This document shows positions 10,200-18,531 of a DNA stretch of 64,000 nt, piece after piece. The DNA comes from Candidatus Eiseniibacteriota bacterium (GTDB lineage: Bacteria; Eisenbacteria; RBG-16-71-46). Below the pieces are notes generated by a model that saw only the letters and a program-made list of their open reading frames with translations, had not been told where the DNA came from and ran no database searches. The translations under genes were made by a program, and so were the position numbers. Each line of letters starts with the position of its first letter. Within the stretch, counting starts at the first letter, position 1. The stretch is from the NCBI GenBank assembly GCA_963744995.1, contig CAVUWA010000002.1, positions 384,001 to 448,000 on the forward strand. Reading direction: 5' to 3'.

Positions 10200-10861
10200 G
10201 CTCGGAACGGGGAGGGCCTGCGGGGGTGAGGATCCTGGTCGGCAGCGGCCTCATCGTGATCATCGCGCTCGGTGCGATGCTGTTCATCGAACCGTGGGTG
10301 ATCGGCAAGGCGAAGGGGCTCGAGCGCGAGGGCAGGCTGGATCAGGAGATCGCATTTCTCGCCGAGGCCGAGACCATGGTGCCGTGGGGCCACGACATCG
10401 GCGAGCGCCTCGACGACGCGATGTTGCGCCGTGCCGAGCAGGGTCTCCAGGCCGATCGCCTGGACGAGGCCACGCGCGCGTTCCGCGAGGCGTGGCCGCG
10501 CATGAAGGCGCGCGGCAAGGCGGAGGACGACCGCGTGCTGACGCTCGCCGTCACGACCTTCGCCCGCGACTCCGAGCGGCTGCGGCGCCAGGGGCGGCTG
10601 AGCCTCGCCGCCGACTTCAACGACAGTCTGTTCGTCTATGCCGTACGGGCGCCGGATCCGGTGCACCGCCAGGCCGCGTTGCAGGCGTTCACGGAGGGGC
10701 TCAACCTGCGCGTGCTGGACGGCCATCCATGCGCGGCGCTCGCGCGGGTGAAGTGGGCGAAGCAGGGCCTCGGCGGGGTGGTACCGGGCCTCGATCCGAG
10801 CGTCGAGCAGGAACTCTCGCGCCAGTGTGCGCGCTCACGTCAGAGGAGGAGTAGCGGATGA
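10196..10861 (+). CDS. Hypothetical membrane-anchored helical (TPR-like) protein
   Basis: GTG start overlaps the upstream TGA, and its TGA overlaps the preT ATG. N-terminal TM segment ILVGSGLIVIIALGAMLFI followed by amphipathic helices. Confidence 0.6.
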   Translation: MSSERGGPAGVRILVGSGLIVIIALGAMLFIEPWVIGKAKGLEREGRLDQEIAFLAEAETMVPWGHDIGERLDDAMLRRAEQGLQADRLDEATRAFREAWPRMKARGKAEDDRVLTLAVTTFARDSERLRRQGRLSLAADFNDSLFVYAVRAPDPVHRQAALQAFTEGLNLRVLDGHPCAALARVKWAKQGLGGVVPGLDPSVEQELSRQCARSRQRRSSG

Positions 10862-12198
10862 GCCGAAGCAGCGGTGCCGCGCCGATCGCGGCCGAACGTC
10901 TCGAACGACGGATCGCCGACGCGAAGCCGACGTATCTCGACGGCGAGGCGGTCGCGGAAGCGAACCGCTGCCTGTACTGCCACGACGCGCCGTGCGTCAC
11001 GGCGTGCCCGACCGGCATCGACATTCCGGGCTTCATCCGCAAGATCGCGACCGGGAACGTACGCGGCGCGGCGAAGCGCATCCTGTCGGCGAACCTGCTC
11101 GGCTATTCGTGCGCACGCGTGTGTCCGGTCGAGGTCCTGTGCGTGGGCGCCTGCGTCTACAACGACTGGCACCGCACGCCACCGATCCAGATCGGCAAGC
11201 TGCAGCGCTACGCGACCGAAGGGCTGCTCGACGCGGGCCGGGTCGCCGGCGTGTTCGAGCGAGCGCGCCCGGTCGGGAAGAAGGTCGTCTGCATCGGTGG
11301 CGGACCGGCATCGCTCGCCACCGCGGGCTACCTGGCGCTCGAGGGCGTGGACGTGACGGTGCTCGAGGCGCGCCCGCTCGCCGGCGGACTCAACGTCACC
11401 GGCGTGGCGCCCTACAAGATGCACGCGGAAGGAGCGCTCGCGGAGGTCGATTTCGTCCGCTCGCTCGGCGTGACGATCCGCGAAGGCGTCGAGGTCGGCC
11501 GCGACGTCACGGTCGAGAGCCTGCTGGACGACTTCGACGCCGTTTTCGTGGGAGTCGGACTCGGCGCCGACGCGCGGCTCGGAATCCCGGGTGAAGAGGG
11601 CGACGGCGTGAGCGGCGCGACGGGCTGGATCGAGCGCATGAAGCTGGACCCGCGCTTCGGCCCGGTGGACGCCCGCGAGGCCGTGGTGATCGGCGGGGGC
11701 AACACCGCCATCGATGCCGCCCGCGAGCTCGCGCGGCTCGGCGTTCCGAGTGTGACCCTGGCCTACCGCCGGACGCAGGCCGAGATGAGCGGTTACGCGC
11801 ACGAGCTCGAGGCGGCCCGTACCGACGGCGTCCACTTCGTGAGCCGGGCGGTGCCGAAGGCGTTCGAGCGCGACGCCGAAGGGCGGCTCCGGGCGCTCGA
11901 GCTCGAGGACGGGCGCCGGCTGCCGGCCGACCTGTGCATCGTCGCCATCGGCCAGGCGAAGCTGGTGACGACCCTGAAGAAGCTGCCGGGCATCGAACTC
12001 GATGCGCGCGGTCTGATCGTGGTCGAGGAAGCCACCGGCGCGACCGGGCACCCGAAGGTGTTCGCCGGCGGCGACGCCCTGGGGGGCGAGCTGGTGGTCA
12101 CCGCGGTGCAGGACGGCAAGCGCGCGGCGCGCGGGATTTGCGCGCAGATCGGCGTCAGGATCCGCCCCGATTCGCCGATGTCGGCGGGTCACGCCTGA
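10858..12198 (+). CDS. preT: Dihydropyrimidine dehydrogenase subunit PreT (GltD-like FAD/Fe-S oxidoreductase)
   Basis: EANRCLYCHDAPCVTACPTGIDIP, CARVCPVEVLC, GGGPA, GGGNTAID, FAGGD; context with hydA and preA. Confidence 0.85.
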   Translation: MSRSSGAAPIAAERLERRIADAKPTYLDGEAVAEANRCLYCHDAPCVTACPTGIDIPGFIRKIATGNVRGAAKRILSANLLGYSCARVCPVEVLCVGACVYNDWHRTPPIQIGKLQRYATEGLLDAGRVAGVFERARPVGKKVVCIGGGPASLATAGYLALEGVDVTVLEARPLAGGLNVTGVAPYKMHAEGALAEVDFVRSLGVTIREGVEVGRDVTVESLLDDFDAVFVGVGLGADARLGIPGEEGDGVSGATGWIERMKLDPRFGPVDAREAVVIGGGNTAIDAARELARLGVPSVTLAYRRTQAEMSGYAHELEAARTDGVHFVSRAVPKAFERDAEGRLRALELEDGRRLPADLCIVAIGQAKLVTTLKKLPGIELDARGLIVVEEATGATGHPKVFAGGDALGGELVVTAVQDGKRAARGICAQIGVRIRPDSPMSAGHA

Positions 12199-12653
12199 GC
12201 CCCGCGGACCCGCAAGTGACCTGATCGCAGGCGGGGTCTCTTCAGGTTCGCCGATTTCTACGAAACCGCCTCGCGACCGGGGCCCTCGCCGGCACCGTTA
12301 CTCACGCTGCATCGTCAAGGGCCGCCTGCGGTTACGCTGCCGACCCCGCTGCTTTTTCGTTGCTTTCGGCGTGGCCCGGATGCATGCTCTTCGCCATTGG
12401 GAGTGCGACGCGGGTTCAACCGTGCACATCGAAGCGGCCCCTATCGAATCGGAACCCAGACACGCGCCGCGCGCATTCCTTGTCGGACGCCTGTTCACGC
12501 CAGGCGCCCGAGCGTGATGAGCGGGCGGGGAGCAATCCCCGCCCGCTTCTGCTTTGCCGGGGGCTCGCGTGTTCGATGGGTCGCGCGTGCCGGATGAACA
12601 CGGCGTGCGCAGGGGGTGCCGACGGGAGACCGGCGCGCAAGGCCGGGCGAGTT

Positions 12654-14063
12654 CTAGCCTTCGGCCTTCAGCGCCTCGATCACCTGATTGACCGCGCCCT
12701 TCGCGTCGCCGAACAGCATCAGCGTGCGGTCCATGTAGTAGAGCGGGTTGTCCACGCCCGCGAAGCCCGGCTTCATGCTGCGCTTGATGATGATCACGTG
12801 GTGCGCCTTGTCGGCGTCCAGGATCGGCATGCCGTAGATCGGGCTGGACTTGTCGGTGCGCGCGGACGGATTCACGACGTCGTTGGCGCCGATGATCAGC
12901 GCGACGTCGGTCTGCTCGAACTGCGAGTTGATCTGCTCGAGGTCGAAGAGCTGCGTATAGGGCACGTTGGCCTCGGCGAGCAGCACGTTCATGTGGCCGG
13001 GCATGCGGCCGGCGACCGGGTGGATCGCGTAGCGCACCTCGACGCCCTTCTTGGTGAGCATGTCGGCCATCTCGCGCACGGCGTGCTGCGCCTGAGCGAC
13101 CGCCATGCCGTATCCGGGCACGATGATCAGCGAGCGGATGTTGGCGAGCAGCACGGCGGTATCCTCGGCGGTGATTTCGTTCACGCGCTGCGGCGCGCCG
13201 CCCGGCCCCGCCGCTTCGCCTGCGGCGGCGCCGCCGCCGACGCCGGCAAACAGCACGTTGGCGAGCGAGCGGTTCATGGCCTTGCACATGAGCAGGGTGA
13301 GCAGGCCACCCGAGGCGCCGACCAGCGTTCCGGCGATGATCAGCGCGTTGTTGTGCAGCACGAAGCCGGTGGACGCGGCGGCGAGACCGGTGAACGAGTT
13401 GAGCAGCGAGATCACCACCGGCATGTCCGCGCCGCCGATGGGAATGACCATGGTCATGCCGAACACGAGGGCCAGGATGGTGAGCACGAGGAACATCACC
13501 GGTGCGCCGCCGGTCACGAGCATGCCGATCAGCACCAGGATCGCCACGAACAGCGCGATGTTCACGACACGGAGAACGCCGGCGGTCACGGCCTTCTCGG
13601 AGATGATGCCCTGCAGCTTGCCGAACGCGATGACGCTGCCGCTGAACGAGATCGAGCCGATGATCGCACCGAACAGCTGTTCGGGCCGGGCCGCGTGCTC
13701 GGGCATGAAGGCCTTGTGGGAGAGGTTCCAGTACTCGGCGAACGCGACCAGCGCCGCCGCGCCGCCGCCGAGCCCGTTCAGCATCGCCACCATCTGCGGC
13801 ATGTCGGTCATCGGCACGCGCCGCGCGCCGATCACGCCGCCGATCGCCCCGATCGCGAGCGCCGCGGTGAGCAGGCCCGCGTTCTGGAGGCCGGGGGTGA
13901 ACAGCGTGGCGATCACGGCGACCGCCATGCCGGCCGCGGCGATCATGTTGCCCGAGCGCGCGGTGGCGGGGGAGCTCAGCCGCTTGAGGCCGAGGATGAA
14001 GCAGATCGCGGCAATGAGGTAGGCGAAGTGGACCAGGTTCGGAAGAGCGGCCTCGGGATTCAT
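12654..14063 (-). CDS. pntB: NAD(P) transhydrogenase subunit beta
   Basis: MPQMVAMLNGLGG, GGADMPVVISLLNS, VPGYGMAVAQAQH, HPVAGRMPGHMNVLLAEA, GANDVVNP. Confidence 0.97.
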   Translation of the reverse strand: MNPEAALPNLVHFAYLIAAICFILGLKRLSSPATARSGNMIAAAGMAVAVIATLFTPGLQNAGLLTAALAIGAIGGVIGARRVPMTDMPQMVAMLNGLGGGAAALVAFAEYWNLSHKAFMPEHAARPEQLFGAIIGSISFSGSVIAFGKLQGIISEKAVTAGVLRVVNIALFVAILVLIGMLVTGGAPVMFLVLTILALVFGMTMVIPIGGADMPVVISLLNSFTGLAAASTGFVLHNNALIIAGTLVGASGGLLTLLMCKAMNRSLANVLFAGVGGGAAAGEAAGPGGAPQRVNEITAEDTAVLLANIRSLIIVPGYGMAVAQAQHAVREMADMLTKKGVEVRYAIHPVAGRMPGHMNVLLAEANVPYTQLFDLEQINSQFEQTDVALIIGANDVVNPSARTDKSSPIYGMPILDADKAHHVIIIKRSMKPGFAGVDNPLYYMDRTLMLFGDAKGAVNQVIEALKAEG

Positions 14064-14070
14064 GCGGGTC

Positions 14071-14352
14071 TCACGATTTGGCCTTCGGGCGGCCCTTGAA
14101 CATCTCGAGCATGCGGTCGGTCACCACGAAGCCGCCGGCGAGGTTGAGCGCACCGAACACGACCGCGATGAAGCCGAGGGTCAGCTCGAGCGGGGTATGG
14201 GCGTTGCCCAGCACGATGATGCCGCCGACCACGACGATGCCGTGAATCGCGTTGGCCCCCGACATGAGCGGGGTGTGCAGCACCACCGGCACCTTGGAAA
14301 TGACTTCGAAACCCGTGAACACCGCGAGCACGAAGACGTAGATCTCGTTCAT
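14071..14352 (-). CDS. pntAB: NAD(P) transhydrogenase alpha subunit, part 2 (membrane)
   Basis: VPVVLHTPLMSGANAIHG, GGFVVTDRMLEMF. Confidence 0.95.
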   Translation of the reverse strand: MNEIYVFVLAVFTGFEVISKVPVVLHTPLMSGANAIHGIVVVGGIIVLGNAHTPLELTLGFIAVVFGALNLAGGFVVTDRMLEMFKGRPKAKS

Positions 14353-15482
14353 GAACCGCTCACCGCGGCGCTGGGCTTCTGGATGAAAGCGCCGTCCTGG
14401 CCGGAGATGCAGGTGTCGTGCACGATGTCGTCCGCGAAGTCGAGCGCCAGTTGCCCGTCCTTGACGATGTGCTGCAGCAGCGCCGACACGTTGCGCGAAT
14501 ACATCTGGCTGGCATGCGCCGGCAGCGACGACGCCAGGTTGAGCGGGCCGTGGATGATGACGTCATGATGCCGCGTCTCGCCGCCCGCCTGCGTCAGCTC
14601 GCAGTTGCCGCCGCTCTCGGCGGCGAGGTCCACGATCACCGAGCCCGGGCGCATCCTTTCGACCGTGTCCTTCGTGATCAGGATCGGTGCGCGGCGGCCG
14701 GGCACGTTGGCGGTGGTGATCACCACGTCCGACGCGGCGACGTGCTCGGCGATCAGCTCGCGCTCGCGCTTCTGCTCGTCTTCGGACATCTGCTTCGCAT
14801 AGCCGCCCTTGTCCTGCTGCGCCTCGTTGGTGAGGTCGAGGGAGACGAAGGTGGCGCCGAGGCTCTGCACTTCCTCGCGCACGGCGGGGCGGACGTCGAA
14901 CGCTTCGACCACGGCGCCCAGGCGGCGCGAGGTGGCGATCGCCTGCAGACCGGCGACCCCGGCGCCGAGCACGAAGACCCGCGCCGGGGTCAGGGTGCCC
15001 GCGGCGGTCATGAAGAGCGGGAAGAAGCGGCCCAGCGAGTTCGCGGCGATGAGCGCGGCCTTGTACCCGGCGACGGTGCTCATCGAGGAGAGCGCATCCA
15101 TCTTCTGCGCGCGTGAAGTGCGCGGAATCAGTTCCATCGCGAAGGCGGTGACGCGGCGTTCGACGAGGCGCTGGACCATGTCTTTCTCGCGCCCGCCGTT
15201 CAGGAACGCGATCAGCACGCTGCCGCCCGACAGGAGACCGATCTCATCGGCGCTCGGTGGCTGCACCTTGAGCACGACGTCCGCGGCGAACGCCTCGGCC
15301 GCGCCCGGGACGATCCGCGCACCGACTTTCAGGTAGGCGTCGTCGGCGTGCGAGGCCTTGAGGCCCGCACCGCTCTGAACGACGTATTCGAATCCCAGCT
15401 TCTTCAGGCGGCCGATCGTCTCGGGGACGATCGCGACGCGATTCTCGCCGGGGACGGTTTCAAGTGGAATACCGATGCGCAT
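14349..15482 (-). CDS. pntAA: NAD(P) transhydrogenase alpha subunit, part 1 (NAD-binding)
   Basis: MRIGIPLE..PGENRVA, RAQKMDALSSM, GAGVAGLQAIA, VDLAAESGGNCE. Start placed at ATG 15482; 15494 is an alternative. Confidence 0.95.
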   Translation of the reverse strand: MRIGIPLETVPGENRVAIVPETIGRLKKLGFEYVVQSGAGLKASHADDAYLKVGARIVPGAAEAFAADVVLKVQPPSADEIGLLSGGSVLIAFLNGGREKDMVQRLVERRVTAFAMELIPRTSRAQKMDALSSMSTVAGYKAALIAANSLGRFFPLFMTAAGTLTPARVFVLGAGVAGLQAIATSRRLGAVVEAFDVRPAVREEVQSLGATFVSLDLTNEAQQDKGGYAKQMSEDEQKRERELIAEHVAASDVVITTANVPGRRAPILITKDTVERMRPGSVIVDLAAESGGNCELTQAGGETRHHDVIIHGPLNLASSLPAHASQMYSRNVSALLQHIVKDGQLALDFADDIVHDTCISGQDGAFIQKPSAAVSGS

Positions 15483-15619
15483 GAGCAGACGCATCCTAGT
15501 GCGCGACGGCGCACGGCGCAACCCCGAACCGACTCTCGCGCAGTGGATTGTGGCGTTTCCGGGTCGACTTAAGTCGCATTCGTATGCGCGCGACATGGTT
15601 CGCGCGGGGGCGGGGATCG

Positions 15620-15890
15620 CTATGGAGCCGCCAGGATCTCGATGTCGTCCCAGTAGGTCTGGTTGTTGCCGCCGCCCTCGTCATCGTTGACCTCGAGCCA
15701 CAGGGTGATCGTCTGCCCGGCCCACGCCGAGACGTCCACATCGGTCACGACCCAGTCGAAGCCATCGTCGCCGGTGTCCATCTCCTACCAGTCCTGGAGC
15801 GTTCGGCCGTCCAGCCCTGCATGAACCCGCCGCGGCGGCGGCGAGCGCGAGCAGGGCGGCTCCGCATGCCAGGAATCGAATCGATTTCAG
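15620..15890 (-). pseudogene. Remnant of a secreted beta-sandwich protein
   Basis: A strong AAGGAGG RBS and signal peptide (LKSIRFLACGAALLALAAAAA) are joined out of frame to ...LDGRTLQDW*EMDTGDDGFDWVVTDVDVSAWAGQTITLWLEVNDDEGGGNNQTYWDDIEILAAP*. In-frame TAG at 15785-15787. Confidence 0.55.
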
Positions 15891-16165
15891 CGCACGTCCC
15901 TCCTTATCCAAAAGGACCATCCCGTCCATGGAGGACCAGTGACGCCTGCCCCCGGAAGCCCTCATGCCGCATGGATCCAGCGGGTTCGAGCGGCGACGGT
16001 GCGGGGCCCGTGCGACTGCGCCACCCGCGTCGAGCGCTCGCGCGCACCCGCGCAAACTGCTATTTTTTGCGCCCTATCAAGCGACTATCGACGGCCCCGG
16101 CGCGAGGCGTTTCCGCCGCCGCGAACCGACCCGGCCGCCGCCCTTATTAGAGGAGAGGACCCACC

Positions 16166-17413
16166 ATGGGCAGCAGCGGCGACAGCCACCGAATCCGCAT
16201 GAAGAACACGCTCGTCGAAATCGACGGCGACGAGATGACCCGTGTGATCTGGGCGATGGTGAAGGAGCGCCTGCTGGAGCCGTTCGTCGAGATGAAGCTC
16301 GAACGCTACGACCTCTACCTGCCCGAGCGCGACCGCACCGACGACCAGGTGACGGTGGATGCCGCCGAGGCGATCAAGCGTCACGGCGTCGGTGTCAAGT
16401 GCGCCACGATCACGCCCGACGCGGCGCGGGTGAAGGAATACAAGCTCAAGCAGGCGTGGAAGAGCCCCAACGGCACGCTGCGCGCGATTCTCGACGGCAC
16501 CGTGTTCCGCAAGCCGATCGTCGTGAAGAACGTGCCGCCGATGGTGCGCTCGTGGAAGAAACCGATCACGATCGCGCGCCACGCCTACGGCGACATCTAC
16601 AAGAACGCCGAGATGTCGATTCCCGGCCCGGGGCGCGTCGAGCTGTTCTTCACGCCCGAAGGCGGCGGCCCTGCGCAGTCGGTCGTCGTGCACGACTTCA
16701 AGGGCGCCGGCGTGGTGATGGGTATGCACAACACGGAGAAGTCGATCCGCTCGTTCGCCCGTGCCACCCTGCAGTTCGCGATCGACGAGCGCATGAACGT
16801 GTGGCTCGGCGTCAAGGACACGATCAGCAAGATCTATCACGGGCTGTTCAAGGAGGTCTTCCGTCAGGAGGTGGAGGCGCGGAAGAAGGAGATCGAGGAT
16901 GCCGGCATCGAGTACCGCGCGCTGCTGATCGACGACGCCGTCGCGCGCATCATCCGTCACGAGGGCGGGTTGCTGTGGGCGTGCATGAACTACGACGGCG
17001 ACGTGATGAGCGACATGGTCGCGACCGGCTTCGGCAGCCTCGGCCTGATGACGTCGGTGCTGGTGTCGCCCGACGGCACGTACGAATACGAGGCGGCGCA
17101 CGGCACCGTGCAGCTCCACTACTACCGGCACCTGAAGGGCGAGAAGACCTCGACCAACCCGACGGCCACGATTTTCGCCTGGACCGGCGGCCTCGCGAAG
17201 CGCGGCGAGCTCGACGGCACGCCGGAGCTGGTGGACTTCGCCCACAAGCTCGAGACCTCGGTGATCGAGACCATCGAGTCGGGGATCATGACCGGCGACC
17301 TCGCGCAGCTCAGCGAACCCAGAGCCGAGAAGTCGGTGACGCTCGAGGGCTTCGTCGACGCGATCGCGGAGCGGCTGCGCCGCAAGGTGGACTCGGGAGT
17401 CACTGCGGGCTGA
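16166..17413 (+). CDS. icd: NADP-dependent isocitrate dehydrogenase (eukaryotic-like, type II)
   Basis: [68 protein letters not shown]. Confidence 0.96.
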   Translation: MGSSGDSHRIRMKNTLVEIDGDEMTRVIWAMVKERLLEPFVEMKLERYDLYLPERDRTDDQVTVDAAEAIKRHGVGVKCATITPDAARVKEYKLKQAWKSPNGTLRAILDGTVFRKPIVVKNVPPMVRSWKKPITIARHAYGDIYKNAEMSIPGPGRVELFFTPEGGGPAQSVVVHDFKGAGVVMGMHNTEKSIRSFARATLQFAIDERMNVWLGVKDTISKIYHGLFKEVFRQEVEARKKEIEDAGIEYRALLIDDAVARIIRHEGGLLWACMNYDGDVMSDMVATGFGSLGLMTSVLVSPDGTYEYEAAHGTVQLHYYRHLKGEKTSTNPTATIFAWTGGLAKRGELDGTPELVDFAHKLETSVIETIESGIMTGDLAQLSEPRAEKSVTLEGFVDAIAERLRRKVDSGVTAG

Positions 17414-17421
17414 GACAGCGG

Positions 17422-17451
17422 GCGGCGCGGCATCCGCCGCGCCGCTTTCTT
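17422..17451 (+). terminator. Probable Rho-independent terminator after icd
   Basis: 10-bp perfect stem gcggcgcggc / gccgcgccgc with loop atcc, followed by tttctt. Confidence 0.65.
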
Positions 17452-17465
17452 CCCACGGGGGGCGG

Positions 17466-18531
17466 ATGAGCGACGCGATCTACCAGCGCGATCCCGCCCC
17501 GCGTCCCGACGCAGACTTCGAGCCCGGTGCGCTCGTGCATCTCGTGCCCGGCAACGCCGGCCGCATGCTCGATCCGCGCCGCACGCCGGTCCGTGTCGCC
17601 GCACTGCAGCCGGAGACCGGCTGCTGGACCTGCGAGGTGACCGCGTTCGAGGATCGTGGCGCGTGCTGGACGCTGCCGTTCGAGTCGATCCGTCACTTCC
17701 AGTTCGAGCGTGACGCCGTGCGGGCAGGCGCGGCGGCGGTCGCCGCATTCGAAGAGCAGATCCGGCGCTTCGCGGTGTCGCTCGTGCTCGAACCCGACCC
17801 CGAGCGCGCGCAGGCCACGCGCGCCGTGCTCGATCGCCGCCGTACCGACGCCGCGGCATGGCTCGCCGAACGCGCGCCCACGCTGCGCCGCGTCGCGACG
17901 CTCGATCACGCCGTGCGGCGCGCGCCGATCGCGACCATCGCCGCGTTCGAGACGTTCATGCACGAGCACGGTCTGCTCGAGATGGACCGCGCGCTCGCGG
18001 GCGCGTACGTCACGAACCCGGCATCGGGCGAGATGGTGAAAGGGCATCTGATCACGATGGCCGAGATGGGCATCGCGCCGTTCCGTGGCACCATCGTGCG
18101 CGACCCGGCGACGTTCGAAGGCGAGTGGCGCAAGTCGCGCCGCGCGGACCACGTGCTCTGGCGCACGGCGTTCCTGCACGCGATGCTCGCGGCGCTGCAG
18201 CTCGAAACGCTGGAGCTTTACCGCGGCGTGCCGAGCGAGGCCGGCATCGATCCCGCGCGAAGCAACGTGCTCGAATCGTGGTCGTTCTCGCGCGAGGTCG
18301 CAGAAGGCGTGGCCGGACCCGCCGGGGCGAGCGCTCACCGCGAGGTCCACACGCGGCGCGTATCCGCACCGGCGTGCCTTCATGACCTACCTCGAGACCC
18401 GCGCGATGAACCTGCAGTTCCTGGAGGCCGAGGCGGTGCTGTTCGCGAGGGGAGCGTGGCAGAGAATTGAGCGGCACCCCGCGCCGTTCGCCCGGGGGGG
18501 GGCGCGTCGCGCGCCGCCTACTCCACCCTGA
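17466..18531 (+). CDS. Hypothetical protein with ADP-ribosyltransferase-like R-S-E motifs; frameshifted near 18363
   Basis: The main frame has LELYRGV...LESWSFSREVAE. Protein-like sequence continues in the +1 frame as PHRRAFMTYLETRAMNLQFLEAEAVLF. The true 3' end is uncertain (18470 or 18531). Confidence 0.55.

Noticed and set aside
10858..12198. Glutamate synthase small subunit (gltD)
   Set aside because: No gltB is nearby; the hydA/preA context and the CLYCHDAPC N-terminus favour PreT.
12199..12653. Structured RNA (tmRNA/6S) between convergent preT and pntB
   Set aside because: Some hairpin potential, but I could not identify tRNA-like ends, a tag frame or a 6S central bubble. An Infernal scan would be needed.
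15785..15787. In-frame TAG (also at 42601-42603) as pyrrolysine or recoding
   Set aside because: Both lie in truncated remnants, TAG is an ordinary stop for several intact genes here, and no pyl genes are seen.
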